This document shows, piece after piece, positions 12,668-25,752 of a DNA stretch of 64,000 nucleotides. The notes under the pieces were generated by a model. That model searched no databases. It was not told the origin of the DNA and was given only the letters and a program-made list of their open reading frames with translations. The number at the start of each line of letters is the position of its first letter. Position 1 is the first letter of the stretch. Made by a program: the position numbers and the translations under genes. This DNA is from Mesotaenium endlicherianum (Eukaryota). Location of the stretch: positions 195,384 through 259,383 of the forward strand of contig WELA01003365.1 of the NCBI GenBank assembly GCA_009602735.1, in the 5' to 3' direction.

Positions 12668-14331
12668 TTAGGAGGGAGATGTCCCTGAGGCTCTATACTC
12701 AGGAGAGCCAGACCTCCTCCTGTCTTGGGGTCTTCTAAAGCCTGTCAGAGAGGGAGGTTCCGTGTAAGGACCTCGCGGAGAACGCAGTAACTGGGTTGTT
12801 TCCTCCTGCACAGTCTGGAGGGAGGCAGCCTTCTCCTGGGCAGCCCTCAAATTGACAGGTACGCATACCGGCATCCCAGAAGGATGTTGCATGACATGAG
12901 CCAAGGGTACATGCCCTCTCTGCGAGGGAGATGCTGGCAGGCCTTCGGCTATTTCCCGAGCAGCCCTCCTGTCTGCCCTGTCTGACTGGGTCTCCTTGCC
13001 TGGAGATGGGCTGTGTCCTCTGGCAATTCCCAACGAAGTGATATCCTCCTCTTGAGCGAGTTGCTGCAGGGCCAACCCCGTCTTCTCCCTTACAGGGGAT
13101 GTGGCAGGTGTCAGGATCACGGCGGGGCTAGTGTCTTCCTCCTCGCCTTCCTCCTCGTCTTCCTCCGACTCCTCCTCCTCGCCGTCCCCTTGTTCCTCTG
13201 AGACTTCTGGGGTCTCCTCTGTCAGCTGCTCCAGCTCTTCCCGAGAAAAAAAGAATATCCTACTGACCTTCCCCTTTTGGGTGCTGGTGGGGGCTGCTGA
13301 GCCCGGACCGCATAGAGGTCCTTTTCCCCCTGCTTACTTGCCCATTTGGCATAAGCGTGCTTCCCTTTGGAGAATGACTCTCGGGCCCTGCTTCTGTCCC
13401 CCTGCATCTCCTGACTCATGCAGTCTCTAACTCCATCCAATCTTGGGTCCCAAGCCGCAATGTGAGGGGGCAATACTATGTTCCCCTTTAGGTCTGTCAG
13501 GAAATCCTCATCCGTCGCCCTGTCATTCTGCTGGTCCCTCATGTTGATGGTCATCCACCGCCAATCAGTGGGCTTTTGGAAGAAGGCAGGGTCTGTCCTT
13601 TTAAGAGTACAAGGGTACCAGTGCCTTGCAAAGTCCAGCTGACTGGTTTCCCTGGCCACGAATTCCCAGCTCCTCCTCTCCACCTCGTTGTATATGGCCT
13701 TGAACCTGTTATGGGGTGTTTAGTCCTTGAAGCTGTCCGCGTCCATGGGGATCATCCTGATGACCCTATCGGCCCCCCAGATACCAGGAATCGAGACAGC
13801 TCCTGCTTCGTACACCTAGGCCATTGCCTTGGCCTCTCCGATGGTATATCCTACCATCCTGGCGTAATCGTGGTAGAGGAGGAGCCCTGTGCCGACCTCT
13901 ATATACTTGTCAAAGTTTTCGGATGTCTCCCCTTCCTTCTGGAGGATTTCCTTCTGCGACTCACTGCGACTTCTCTGGGCATACTTGAAGGCCTCCTCCA
14001 GTAGATCAAAGCCCTTGCCCAGCACTGTGTAGCGGTAGCTGCTGATTCTCCTCTGTTCTTCTTCTTCAGCCTGCTGCTTCCGCTTCTCCTCAGCTTGCCT
14101 CTCCTCCTCTGCTTTCTTGGCCTCCTCTGCAGCTTTTCTGTCCATTTCTTCCTGCCTCAGTCTGGCCTGTTCCTCCTCCTCCTTCTTCTTCTGTGCTTCT
14201 TGCTGTTGTTGGAGTCGTTGTGATTCCCGAGCGAAGATGAAAGATGATTCGATGTCTCCACGGAATTGCAAGTATTCTGCATGTGCCTCTTCCGCCCTTC
14301 TCTTCCTCTTTAGTTCCGACTTTTGAGTCAT
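12668..14331 (-). pseudogene. A1 accessory ORF3, type I (stops and one frameshift)
   Basis: ORF pieces 13816-14340, 13222-13683 and 12668-13120 are colinear with ORF3 of A2, A3 and A4. Confidence 0.85.
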
Positions 14332-14651
14332 CCTGCTCAATTATAAACACAATGCAGTTAGTGAAGTCATGATAGTTTGCCGCTACTGAGTGCCCTTGAT
14401 GAAGAGGAACACGATCGGGAGAGTTCCTAGTGTGGAATACCACGTGTGAGTGAATATAAGGGAAAATTGAGTTGGAGAGCAAGTGAGTGTGAGCGCAGGT
14501 TGAGTGTGTAATATGGTGATCAGAGAATACCACTCCCTCCAACTTTTAAAGGTGGGCTGCCTGTCACAACTGTCACTAACTGTCGCATCCCCCTCCAACT
14601 TATATGGAGACAGGACCTCTTGTCACCTCCCCGTGTCAACTGAAATGACTG

Positions 14652-17600
14652 TTAGGGAGGTGCCCCAGCCGCCCGAAGGTGAAACCGTTTCAACGCCCCT
14701 TTGGCATTGGTCAGCTGGTCTTTAAATTCCCAAGTGTCCCCAGAGGCATCGTAACCCTTCTATCAGATGAGGTACTTCATGACATATTTAGACGATCGAC
14801 GGACCGAGCGAGCGTCTAAAATCTCATCGACCTCATACTCCTCAGGATCGCCGTCCCGGACAGCAGGGACCGGTCCCGGTTGGACAGGTAACCGACCTTC
14901 GAACAGTGTATCACCTTTGATGTATGGTCCCAGGAAGGAGACATTAAAGACCGGGTGACCCTTGTAGTCAGCTGACATGTTCAGTTTGTAAGCATTCTGA
15001 CCGACACGACGTACCACCGAATATGGACCGATCCATACAGGGCCAAGCTTTTTCTTGACCACACCAGGGAGGTACAGGTGCTGAGAATGCAGTTTGACTA
15101 AATCGCCCTTAGATAATGTNTCCCGACCAGCTCCCGACGGTGTTGATTATCGTATTTTTGTTGCTTTGTGCAGGTTTTGTTGGACTTCTGACAGGGTGTC
15201 AGCAAACTCCTGAGTTAACTGGAGGGAGACCGGGTTGTCAATCCCTTCAGGGTCAGTTAAAGACTCCCCCAGTACATCTATAGGAGACTTAGGGACTTTA
15301 CCCAGGCTGAGTTCAAAAGGAGTCTTGCCCGTTGACGTGTGCACCCCACTGTTGACCGCAAACTGAATTTGAGGCAACAGGTCATCCCAATTATCTTGTT
15401 TTTGGTTAATATATGCCCTCAGCACCTCCTGCTGAACTCGGTTAGTTCTTTCAGTCTGCCCATCAGTCTGAGGGTGGTTTGCTGTGCTGAGCAGCTGTTT
15501 GACTCCCATTAACCCCATTAAAGCTCTCCAGAACTTAGAGGTGAATTTTGAGTCTCTGTCTGAGATGATATTAGAAGGGAGCCCATGTTGGCATACTACA
15601 TGGTTGTAAAACTGTCTCGCTGTTTCGAGTGCAGTTCCTTTGACAGTTGTGGGGATGAAAATGACCATTTTTGTCAATTTATCCACGACTACCAGTATTG
15701 AATCATGCCCGTTGGCAGTTCTTGGTAGTGTGACCGTCCAGTCCATGGATATAGTTTCCCAGCGTCCAGCTGGTATGGGCAGTGGTTGCAAGAGACCTCC
15801 GGGTGGTGTGTGCCGAGACTTATTTCTCAGACACTGTTCACAGGACTTGACATATTTCAAGACGTCCCGAAGTAACCCCTCCCACTGATAATGTTTTGCC
15901 AGTTTGCCAACAGTTTTGGCCTACCCCAAATGTCCACCCAGTAGACTGTCATGCGCTTGACTCAGTAAGAGAAACCTTATTTCCAAGTTATTAGGAATGA
16001 CCAGCTTCAGCCTGCCTGAAGTGGTTTCAGTCACCCAGACCCCTCCCTTCAGCTTATACCCGAGTGCAGTAGCACGACACACACCAGTAGTGGGGCTGGG
16101 CTCAAATGTTGGGTCAGAAAGGTAGGCTTTCCTAAGTTGTTCAAGGAAGGACTTTTTCACCTTTAGTGAAGTGAGTGCACACAGGACTTTATCTACAGCA
16201 TGCTGACTAAAGTTCCTTTCTTGCAAGTCAGGTCTTCTAGAGAGTTCATCAGCAGGATTCAACTTCCCTGGTTTGTAGTCGATCTGGACTTGGAACTGCT
16301 CCAGCATCTGGCTCCAGAGGTTCTCCCTCCTCGACAGCTTGGACATCTTCTGAAAGTGAGTCAGAGCTAGATGATCTGTAATATTTTTAAAAGCTTTACC
16401 ATGTAAGTATGCTCTCCACTGTTTGAGTACATGAATGATAGCTAACAGCTCTTTATCATGCACTGAGTAATTAATCTCCGCTGGAGTAAATTTCATAGAC
16501 TCATACAACACAGGATGCCACTCCTGCCGTACCTTACCATCCTTAGCGGTTTTGACAGCAGGCTGCAACAAAATAGCACCCATGGCAAAGTCAGAGGCAT
16601 GAGTAACCACCTGCATCGGTTTGCTGGGGTCATACACGGCTAGCACTGGGACAGAACAAAGGGCATCTTTAAGGGTCTGGAAGGCAGCCTGCTGCTCTTC
16701 CCCCCACACATACCCGATGTCTTTCTTAGTAAAGTCAATCAGTTTACTGGCCTTTGTGGAATAATTCTCAATAAATCTCCTATAGTAGTTAGCCAACCCG
16801 AGGAAGGATCTAACTTCAGAGACAGACTGTGGTACTGGCCAGTCCCTTATGGTCTGGACTTTCTTAGGATCCACACTGATGCCCTCTTTACTGACAACGT
16901 GGCCTAAGAATTCAATACTTTCCTTAAAGAAATCACACTTGCTCATTTTAGCTTATAAGTGATTTTTCCGCAGAGTGTCCAGGACTGTTTTTAAGTGTTC
17001 AGTGTGCTGAGCTTCATCTTTAGAGAAAATTAAAATATCATCCAGGAAAACTTGCACAAACTTATCCAAATAAGGTCTGAAAATGTCATTCATAGCACCC
17101 ATAAAGGTAGCAGGAGCATTAGTCAGTCCAAATGGCATCACGTTGAACTCATAGTGTCCATAACGTGTGCGGAAAGCAGTCTTGTGTTCATCCCCCTCAG
17201 CAATTCTGATTTGATGATAACCACTCTTGAGATCTATCTTACTGAACACCTAAGCACCAGACAGGGTATCAAGCAAGTCCTCGATTCTGGGTAAAGCATA
17301 CTTGTTCTTTATTGTAATTCTGTTCAGGGCTCAGTAATCCACACACATCCGCATACTGCCATCCTTTTTCTTAATAATTAGGATGGATGCGCCGTACGGT
17401 GATTAACTGGGAGAATTATAACCATTTTCGTCAAGCTCTGCAATCTGTGTTTTCAACTCCTCGCTCTCCACATAAGACAAGCCATACGTGCGTTGCTGAG
17501 GTGGCTGACTCCCAGGTAATAAATCAATCCTATGATCTACTTCCCGCTTAGGGGGTAGTCCTGGAGGCATATTAAACACATGCGTGTACTGAGCAACAAT

Positions 17601-18458
17601 GTTTGCAGCAGTAGGGTGCTTCGGAGGGCTTACCTTTTTCTCCACCACTTCTTCAGGTTGAGGAGGTACCTCTCTTAGCAGCAGACAGAACATTCTGTCC
17701 TCCTTCTGGTTTCAGCTTTTGACGAACACCATTGCATTCAGCAATTTGCATCCTTCTGGAAGCCTCTTCTCTTCCTTCATTTGCCATCCACACAGGACAA
17801 GAGGAAGAGCACTGGTGGGTGCCAAGTCAGTCTGCCCATCACTGGCTCTTCTCACTTTAACTGTACCTCTGCTCCAACACACTTCAGCTTGATGACTATT
17901 AAGCCAGGACCTGCTTAGCACGAGGTCATAAAATCCAGTGTTGAGTACCTCAAATGTAAGCGTTTCAGTTAAAATTGCAATGCCAGAACTTAACTGGACC
18001 TCAATAGGCTTGGTTATAACTCCTCCCGAGATACTTGAGGCATCTCCAAGGAATATTTTTCTATTCCCTTGGGTGACAGTAGGCAGCCTTAGCCGCTTAA
18101 CTAAGTCCTGGTGGATAAAAGTATGTGACGCCCCTCCGTCAACAAATGCCCTCACCTTCCTACCTGCAATCATGCAATGCAGTAGGATAGGGGGGACTGT
18201 CTTTTCCTGACTTTCGCATTGTTCTCCTGACGTAGCAAAGAAATGTTGGACATCAGGTGGAACAAGAGCATCCAGAGTGTGCACTCTCTGGACGTCTATA
18301 TTGCTGATGGTCTCCTTTATCTGGTTGTCAGGCATGCATAGTGAATCCAGTTCAGCAGGACCCATAATACCTGCTACGAGGGCAGCTAGTGACGACTCAC
18401 TATCTCTAGCATCCTCACAGTCAGTAGACTGGATTACTGACTGTTGCTGTCTTTTAAA
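14652..18458 (-). pseudogene. pol: A1 pol (PR-RT-RH-IN-chromodomain), multiple stops
   Basis: VDGGA protease, FLDD RT, RNaseH, integrase core and chromodomain fragments, near-identical to A3 pol. Confidence 0.95.
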
Positions 18459-19076
18459 GGCTGGTCTTTTCTCTCGACCTTAGGCAGGTGCTTGACCGGA
18501 CACTGTTCTGTGTAGTGGCCTTTCTGTTGACAATGGTAGCAAGTGGATTTTGCTGAGGCTGGTCTCGGCTTAGTCCTACCACCACCCCTTCCATAGCCAC
18601 CTCGAGAGGGACCACCTCTACCTCTAGACTGAATAGCATTGTACTCATACTCATATTCATCACCCTGATTATCCTCAGCCTGGTCTCCTTCAACTGCATT
18701 GTAGGAACCGTGGGGCTTTTTGACAATCTTAGACACCAAAGCGTTACTGTGGCGGTTGTGATTGAACTGCTGCTGATCCCAGGCGTCAGCATCCTGGATC
18801 AAGTCAGCCAGTTTCTCATACTTTTTCTCAGCAAAATGACCAGAGACCTCGGATTTCAAGCCATACCTGAAGTATGCTATCCTATACCGTTCTGGCAAAT
18901 CTGGCTGCTTCATCATGCTCTCTTGGAACTTTTGAGCAAACTCAGCAACTGAAGTGGTCTGCTTCAGTGTCAGGGAGATCATTGCATAGATAGCTTTCTC
19001 CTGCTGGTTGATGACATCAAACTTCTCATGCAACTTCTTGACAAACTCTACCCACGTAGGGTCACCGAGTTGCCGA
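18434..19076 (-). pseudogene. gag: A1 gag, C-terminal half
   Basis: Continues the 25753-26604 fragment; CCHC knuckle [14 protein letters not shown]. Confidence 0.95.
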
Positions 19077-19612
19077 NTGTTGTGATTTGAGTTATTAGTT
19101 TGCATATATTTTAATGTTTTTAAATTAATATTTGGAGTAGTATTGTGTGGAGTCAAGTGTGAATAGGTACTCTAGTAACTTGGTTCATGTCCTTTGAACC
19201 TTCCAAGGCATTTTCGAAGTTAGAGGAAAGACCTAGAAGAACTCCATGTGGCAAAAGTCAAATGTGCCATTTTTAGGTCAAAAGGACATGTGTACATTAT
19301 TCTAGAAAGAGGTGGCAAGGTTTGGGATGTGTTGGGTGCCAACACATCAACATACACTTTCCTAGAACTTACTTATGTAGCACGTATATAAACAAGAGCT
19401 AGAACATAGAAAGACATTCCAGAATTACTCTTGTACTTGCCAAAATCCAGAAATATATGAACTTTCAAGAAGCCATCTCTCTTTCAAGAAGCTACCACTT
19501 GTGTTCAAAGATCCTTGTCTTGAATAGATAAAGTATTCTGTTTTACTAAGTACTTTATCTATCTGTTTCACTACAGTGGTATCGGAGCTAGGCACTTTGG
19601 TAGCACAAGAAG

Positions 19613-20893
19613 ATGGCCGATCCTCAAGACCAACAGCAAGCTTTCGAAGGAAGCCCTTCCTCTCCAAGACACCCTCCTCCAGCGCCGATGGGAGAGCCCA
19701 CTCAAGAAAATCTGCAACAACAAGAAGCACCACAAGGAGGAGCACACCCTCCTCCAGCGTCGATGGGAGAGCCTACTCAAGGAAATCTGCAACAACAAGA
19801 AGCACCACAAGGAGGAGCACCGTCAAATCCCGTGGCAGCCGCTATAGCAAAGTTGACCCCACCACAAGGAGTTCCCGCAAATGAGTGGGCAGCCTTCCTA
19901 ATGACCGTCCACAACCAAGTGGGCTTGGCCACCTATGAAGCAACCGTGCAAGCGTCAAGAGAAGCTATGGCTGCCATGGTTGCCCCTATTGCGAGCAATG
20001 CTCAAAATCCAGCCCCGGCTCAAGCGCCTCCACAAGAGCCAACGAGAGCAAGGAAACTCATCAAGCCCGGCAAACCCGACACTTTCAACCCCGGGAAAGG
20101 TGCCAACCTGAATTTATGGCTCTACCAAGTGGAGACGTACCTCGCGTTCCTTGAAGTACCCGAGGAGGACTACGTTCCCTTTGCCGTTACCTTACTTAGA
20201 GGAGCAGCAACATCATGGTGGCGTAACTATCAAGCGGCTATATATCAAGCTATGGCGCACCCCATGCTCGGCCAAGAGCCCCCACCATCATATGCAAGAT
20301 GGGCAGATTTTCGTGAGGCCCTCAAGAAGCAATTCATGCCCATCAATGCGGAGAAGATTGCCCGAGGAAAGCTCCACCATCTCAAGCAAACGACGTCCGT
20401 TCAAGAGTATACATCCAGATTTCACGCCCTCACTCTTGAGATCCCCAACATGTCTCTCGAGGAGAAGATTGACCGTTACATCTTTGGCCTCAAACCCAAG
20501 GTGGCAAAGGAAGTGGAGTTACGCGACTTGACGGACTTCTCAAAGATCATTGAAGTGGCCCAAAAGGTGGATACCTTGGATTTCAAGCACTCCGTGCCTT
20601 CATCTTCACGGGTACCGACGACGCGGGTGTACGCAGCCCCTTCCACATCCGAATCTGGACCCACACCCATGGAAATCGGAGTTATTAAAAGGGACCCCGC
20701 GGCTGCCCGGAAGAGTGGAAGACCCTCCAATGACACTTATGATGCAAGAAACCAGCAAGGAGTGAAAGCAAGACTCTCCCCGGCTGAAAAAGAAGCTCTC
20801 ATGACGGCTGGACTATGCTTCTATTGCAAGGAAAAGGGCCATCGTGCACTTTCATGCCCCAAAAAGTTGTCAAAAAACGGACAGCGCCGGTAG
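19613..20893 (+). CDS. gag: Family B Gag (426 aa)
   Basis: Retrotransposon gag core ([10 protein letters not shown]...[10 protein letters not shown]), 'GPTPMEIG' and CCHC knuckle [14 protein letters not shown]. Confidence 0.95.
   Translation: MADPQDQQQAFEGSPSSPRHPPPAPMGEPTQENLQQQEAPQGGAHPPPASMGEPTQGNLQQQEAPQGGAPSNPVAAAIAKLTPPQGVPANEWAAFLMTVHNQVGLATYEATVQASREAMAAMVAPIASNAQNPAPAQAPPQEPTRARKLIKPGKPDTFNPGKGANLNLWLYQVETYLAFLEVPEEDYVPFAVTLLRGAATSWWRNYQAAIYQAMAHPMLGQEPPPSYARWADFREALKKQFMPINAEKIARGKLHHLKQTTSVQEYTSRFHALTLEIPNMSLEEKIDRYIFGLKPKVAKEVELRDLTDFSKIIEVAQKVDTLDFKHSVPSSSRVPTTRVYAAPSTSESGPTPMEIGVIKRDPAAARKSGRPSNDTYDARNQQGVKARLSPAEKEALMTAGLCFYCKEKGHRALSCPKKLSKNGQRR
19670..19819 (+). repeat. 75-bp in-frame tandem duplication in B gag
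   Basis: HPPPA(P/S)MGEPTQ(E/G)[12 protein letters not shown] occurs twice. Confidence 0.95.
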
Positions 20894-20907
20894 GCCAGGA
20901 GCCTACC
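20872..20907 (+). promoter_or_regulatory. Putative -1 ribosomal frameshift signal (A_AAA_AAC plus hairpin)
   Basis: Heptamer in the gag frame at 20872-20878; hairpin GGTAGGC-CAGGA-GCCTACC at 20889-20907. Confidence 0.7.
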
Positions 20908-23900
20908 ACCCCAAGACCCACTTCACGAGAAGGCAACACGCCAAGTGAGGTGGAGACCCCCGTTGAAGACGACGTTCCAGCCCCAATGAGTTTGAGAGGT
21001 TACCTTGGAGGAGAGAAGGTCCACATCTTGGTGGATAGCGGAGCTCAAGGCAACTTCATTGCTGCAGATTTTGCCACCAAGCACGGTATTACTATGCGAA
21101 CTCTTGACCACGACGAGGAGATTATGATGCCCGATGGATTCTCCTATACTACCCCTTCCAAGAAGACGTACCCCTTGGCACTCTCTATCAAGTCCTTCAA
21201 GGATAGAGTAGTGTTCTCCCCCATGCAATTGGGCAAGTACGACGTCATCCTAGGGACGCCTTGGTTGACCAAGCACAACCCCCAAGTTGATTGGAGGACC
21301 GGTACTATCAAGATCAAGAATGACATCACTTCAAGAATCTGTATTTTGCGCGCAATCCAGAATATCCAGACCCAAGACATCCAGAAGCCGGCACACGAGA
21401 TACTATTGTCCGCCCTCCAACTCAAGAGACTTGTGAGGAAGGGACACGAGCTTCTTTTGGCCTTGATCACGCCAAAAGACATCAAGAAAGACATCGAGAG
21501 TCAAGAAGGCAGCCCCGTTCCCAAGGAGATACAAGAAGTCTTTGAGGACTACAAAGAAGTGTTCTCCCCGGAATTGCCCAAGGGCCTACCCCCCAAAAGA
21601 TTCGTAGACCACAAGATAGAGTTGGAGCCCGGAAGCAAGCCCATCTCTCGGCCTACGTTCAAAATGTCATACACGGAGCTAGACGAAGTCAAGAAGCAAA
21701 TCAAGGAGCTACTGGAGCATGGCTTCATTCGACCTAGCAAGTCGCCATTTGGAGCCCCGGTGCTATTTGTCAAGAAGAAAGATGGTACCTTGAGGATGTG
21801 TGTGGACTATCGCGCCCTCAACAAGATCACCATCAAGAATCGATACCCGCTGCCGCGCATGGATGAGCTCATGGACCGGCTGGTTGGAGCCAAGTACTTC
21901 ACGAAGATTGACTTACGGAGCGGCTACCACCAGATTCGCATCGCAGAACCGGACATAGAGAAGACGGCATTCAGGACAAGATATGGACATTTTGAGTTCA
22001 TGGTCCTGCCATTTGGACTCACCAACGCGCCAGCAACTTTCATGACTATGATGAACACCATATTTCAGCCCATGTTGGACAGATTTGTGGTGGTATTCAT
22101 CGATGACATCCTTATCTACAGCAAGACCCTTGAAGAGCATGCGAGACACTTGAAAGAAGTCCTTGAAGTATTGAAGCAAAACAAGCTGTTTGCGAAGGAG
22201 TCAAAATGCGAGTTTGCCAAACAAGAAGTGGAGTTCCTAGGTCTCCACGTGACTGCTGATGGCATCAAGATAGACCCCAAGAAGACCACGGTGGTGGAGG
22301 AATGGCCAACCCCCACGACCAAGAAAGAACTCCAGTCATTCTTGGGATTTGCCAATTGGTACAGAAAATTCATCCAAGGCTTCTCGCACATAGCAGCCCC
22401 CCTGACAGATCTACTCAAGAAGGACAGGCTATATACATGGACCGAGAAAGAGGAAGAGGCATTTCAAGAGTTAAAGCGAAGATTGACCACATCCCCGGTG
22501 CTCACACTCCCAAGTCCAAACCCAGATTGGCCCTTCCACGTCATCACCGATGCATCTTCCTATGCAATAGGAGCAATCCTGCTTCAAGACCAAGGCAAGG
22601 GACTGCAGCCCATCGCCTACGAGTCAAGGAAGCTAAATCCAGCCGAGCAAAATTATACAACCACGGAGCGAGAGGCATTGGCGATTGTACATGCCTTGAA
22701 GGTTTGGCGCTGCTACGTTGAAGGACGCAAAGTACTGGTCACCACGGACCACGAGGCGTTAAAGCACCTCCAAACGCAGCCGTATCTCTCAAGGAGACAA
22801 GCAAGATGGAGCGGATACTTGCAACAATACAACATCACGATTCAGTACCAGCCCGGCAAGACAAACCCGGCTGACCCCCTCTCAAGACTGCAATTAAATG
22901 CAGTGATGGTATCCCTGAAGACAGATCTGGAAGCTCGATTTTCAGCCGCCTATGAAAGAGACCCTTACTACAAGAACGGAGAAGCAGCCTTGGACCCATG
23001 CAAGAAGCAAGAAGGCAATTATTGGGTGAGGCAAGATACGGGCCAGAGATGTGTTCCTAATGACTTAGACCTCCGGCTCTTGCTTCTACGAGAAGCACAC
23101 GACAACCCTCTTGGAGGACACTTTGGAATCCTAAGGACCACGGGCGTTCTAGCTAGGACTTATTGTTGGCCAGGCATGTCTAAGCAAGTCAAGGAGTACT
23201 GCAGGAGCTGTGACACATGCCAAAGAATCAAGCCATCATCGCAAAAGGCGGGAGGACTCCTCCAACCACTACCAATCCCCGAAAGACAATGGACGGACAT
23301 CTCAATGGACCTTATCGTGGACTTGCCCGTGACACCTCGAGGCCATAATGCAATACTCACGGTGGTGGACAGACTTACCAAGATGGCTCATTTTATTCCC
23401 ACGACGACTAAGGCTACAGCACCACAACTTGCAAGACTCATCTTTGACAACATCTTCCGACTCCATGGACTACCATCAAGAATTGTGTCAGATAGAGATC
23501 CAAGATTCACAAGCCATTTCTGGAAAAATCTCTTCAAGAACTTGGGTACATCGCTGGATATGTCTACTGCCTACCACCCACAATCAGATGGGCAAACCGA
23601 GCGTATGAATCGTACCCTAAAGACCTCTCTAAAGGCCTACGTGTCTACCCTCGAGCAAGACTGGGACATGTACTTGACCCCCCTCGAGTTTGCCTACAAC
23701 AACACTACGCAGGCCTCTACCCAAGAGTCCCCATTCTTCCTCAACTATGGCTTCCATCCGACCACGCCACTGAGCTTCACGGCTGGCCTTGATGAAGTAC
23801 CTGCAGCCACAGATTTTATGGAGACATTAGAAGCAGCCCTTACAGCAGCGAAGAAAGCTCTACAACACGCGCAAGATGCTCAAGCAAGAGTGGCGAACAG

Positions 23901-24480
23901 ATCCAGAAGAGAAATTACGTACAAAGCGGGTGACAACGTGTTACTATCATCCAAGAATATTTCCCTGAACAACAGGCCTGCCGGCAGCAAGTTCTCTCCC
24001 AAGTATTTGGGACCCTTCAAAATTATCCAGCAAGTCAACCCCGTTGCTTTCAAGCTAGAACTTCCCCAGACTATGCACATCGACCCCGTATTCCACGCTC
24101 CCCTCTTCAAGCCATATGTGAAACTCGACAACAAGTTCCCAGAACGTGTGACAACCCCACCAGCCCCAACAATAGTGGATGATCATTTGGAGTACGAAGT
24201 GGAAGACATAGTGGCTATGAGAAATTTCAGGAGACAGCAGCAATACTTGATCAAGTGGAAAGGATATCCAGATTCAGAGAATAGTTGGGTGGCGACGCAC
24301 TACCTTGACAAAGTTCAGAGAAAGTTGAAGCGCTTCCATGCCGCCAACCCCCATCATGGACCAGCCCCAAGTCCCTCTACTACAAGCCCAAAGACTTCAG
24401 GGAGGCAGCCTGCCACCATCAAGAAGCAGCAGAAGACCCCTTGGAGGCAGCCTGCAAGAACAAGAAAGAGGAAAAATTGA
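20872..24480 (+). CDS. pol: Family B Pol (PR-RT-RNaseH-IN-chromodomain), -1 frame relative to gag
   Basis: LVDSGA, FIDD, TDAS, HHCC zinc finger, D-D-E core, GPF and chromodomain EYEVEDIV...YLIKWKGY, all uninterrupted. Confidence 0.95.
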   Translation, partial: KKRTAPVGQEPTTPRPTSREGNTPSEVETPVEDDVPAPMSLRGYLGGEKVHILVDSGAQGNFIAADFATKHGITMRTLDHDEEIMMPDGFSYTTPSKKTYPLALSIKSFKDRVVFSPMQLGKYDVILGTPWLTKHNPQVDWRTGTIKIKNDITSRICILRAIQNIQTQDIQKPAHEILLSALQLKRLVRKGHELLLALITPKDIKKDIESQEGSPVPKEIQEVFEDYKEVFSPELPKGLPPKRFVDHKIELEPGSKPISRPTFKMSYTELDEVKKQIKELLEHGFIRPSKSPFGAPVLFVKKKDGTLRMCVDYRALNKITIKNRYPLPRMDELMDRLVGAKYFTKIDLRSGYHQIRIAEPDIEKTAFRTRYGHFEFMVLPFGLTNAPATFMTMMNTIFQPMLDRFVVVFIDDILIYSKTLEEHARHLKEVLEVLKQNKLFAKESKCEFAKQEVEFLGLHVTADGIKIDPKKTTVVEEWPTPTTKKELQSFLGFANWYRKFIQGFSHIAAPLTDLLKKDRLYTWTEKEEEAFQELKRRLTTSPVLTLPSPNPDWPFHVITDASSYAIGAILLQDQGKGLQPIAYESRKLNPAEQNYTTTEREALAIVHALKVWRCYVEGRKVLVTTDHEALKHLQTQPYLSRRQARWSGYLQQYNITIQYQPGKTNPADPLSRLQLNAVMVSLKTDLEARFSAAYERDPYYKNGEAALDPCKKQEGNYWVRQDTGQRCVPNDLDLRLLLLREAHDNPLGGHFGILRTTGVLARTYCWPGMSKQVKEYCRSCDTCQRIKPSSQKAGGLLQPLPIPERQWTDISMDLIVDLPVTPRGHNAILTVVDRLTKMAHFIPTTTKATAPQLARLIFDNIFRLHGLPSRIVSDRDPRFTSHFWKNLFKNLGTSLDMSTAYHPQSDGQTERMNRTLKTSLKAYVSTLEQDWDMYLTPLEFAYNNTTQASTQESPFFLNYGFHPTTPLSFTAGLDEVPAATDFMETLEAALTAAKKALQHAQDAQARVANRSRREITYKAGDNVLLSSKNISLNNRPAGSKFSPKYLGPFKIIQQVNPVAFKLELPQTMHIDPVFHAPLFKPYVKLDNKFPERVTTPPAPTIVDDHLEYEVEDIVAMRNFRRQQQYLIKWKGYPDSENSWVATHYLDKVQRKLKRFHAANPHHGPAPSPSTTSPKTSGRQPATIKKQQKTPWRQPARTRKRKN

Positions 24481-25105
24481 CATTAGACACTCTTCTCTTC
24501 TTGCAGTTTCTCAACAGAAAACTAAAACTCCTACTGGTGATAGGTCTCTGCATAATTAGTTCTGAAAATCTACCTGGCTGTAGTCCATGAGTAGCCGGTC
24601 ATTTAGAGTCCAAGTTTGCTCAATTTGGAGCACTGGTGAGAGAGATATGATGCTCTAAGTAGCAGGGGGTCAGGCTGCTGGCATTGTTAGGACAGAATAT
24701 GCCTTCTGACATTGTGCCCTCCCCTGAACTTGGAATGCTCTGAAACTCAAGACTCTGGTAGAAAATCTTACAGCGCCCAGTTTGAGACTTAGTTTGCAAA
24801 ATTTGTAGAAGTATAGAAGGACTTATGATTTTCAGAAGTTTCTGCACAGATTTGGAGGAGTGCCTATTCTCTCAGCCCTCAACGACACTCCAGAAATTAG
24901 AATGCTCTCAAATTTGGTGACCCGGTAGAGTTCTCCGACGCGGTCCGTTTTGCACTCGAATTTTTAGATTTGAAGCAGTTCTGTGGCCGCTATGAACTTT
25001 TGAATTCGTGGCAGATTCTGGGCCAACTTGTACAATTTCCTTCATCATTAAGGAGTAGGCTAGCCAATAAGGTCACACCATCTACGACCTTCCCTAGTCT
25101 ACCTT

Positions 25106-25214
25106 ACATGTGTCGCACCTGACTTGGCGCCTTTGACTAGTTCTCTTCACATGTGTGGCATCTGACTTGAAACTGTTGACTAGTTTGCTCCACATGTGTA
25201 AGACCTGACTTGAC
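25106..25214 (+). repeat. ~2.5 copies of a 43-bp tandem repeat just upstream of the B PPT
   Basis: acatgtgt....ctgacttg units start at 25106, 25149 and 25192. Confidence 0.85.
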
Positions 25215-25752
25215 GCGCCGAGACGTCGCTTTGTCTATTGGGGGGGTGATGTAGTGATTTGAGTTATTATATATTAGTTTGCATATATTTTAATGTTTTT
25301 AAATATATTTGGAGTAGTATTGTGTGGAGTCAAGTGTGAATAGGTACTCTAGTAACTTGGTTCATGTCCTTTGAACCTTCCAAGGCATTTTCGAAGTTAG
25401 AGGAAAGACCTAGAAGAACTCCATGTGGCAAAAGTCAAATGTGCCATTTTTAGGTCAAAAGGACATGTGTACATTATTCTAGAAAGAGGTGGCAAGTTTT
25501 GGGATGTGTTGGGTGCCAACACATCAACATACACTTTCCTAGAACTTACTTATGTAGCAAGTATATAAACAAGAGCTAGAACATAGATAGACATTCTAGA
25601 ATCACTCTTGTACTTGCCAAAATCCAGAAGTATATTAACTTTCAAGAAGCCATCTCTCTTTCAAGAAGCTACCACTTGTGTTCAAAAATCCTTGTCTTGA
25701 ATAGATAAACTATTCTGTTTTACTAAGTACTTTATCTATCTGTTTCACTACA

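Larger units (their letters stand above)
19078..25752 (+). mobile_element. Ty3/gypsy chromovirus family B, apparently intact
   Basis: LTRs at 19078-19575 and 25250-25752 (TGTAGTGA...TCACTACA in the 3' copy). PBS tggtatcggagc at 19577-19588, G-rich PPT at ~25240-25249, open gag and pol. Probable TSD gtcac, with the left junction blurred by an N. Confidence 0.95.

Noticed and set aside
19061..19077. Apparent 16-bp target duplication (gtcaccgagttgccga) around element B
   Set aside because: It sits at an N. The other Ns (15120, 62600) also have short duplicated flanks, so this is a scaffolding overlap; the true TSD is probably gtcac.
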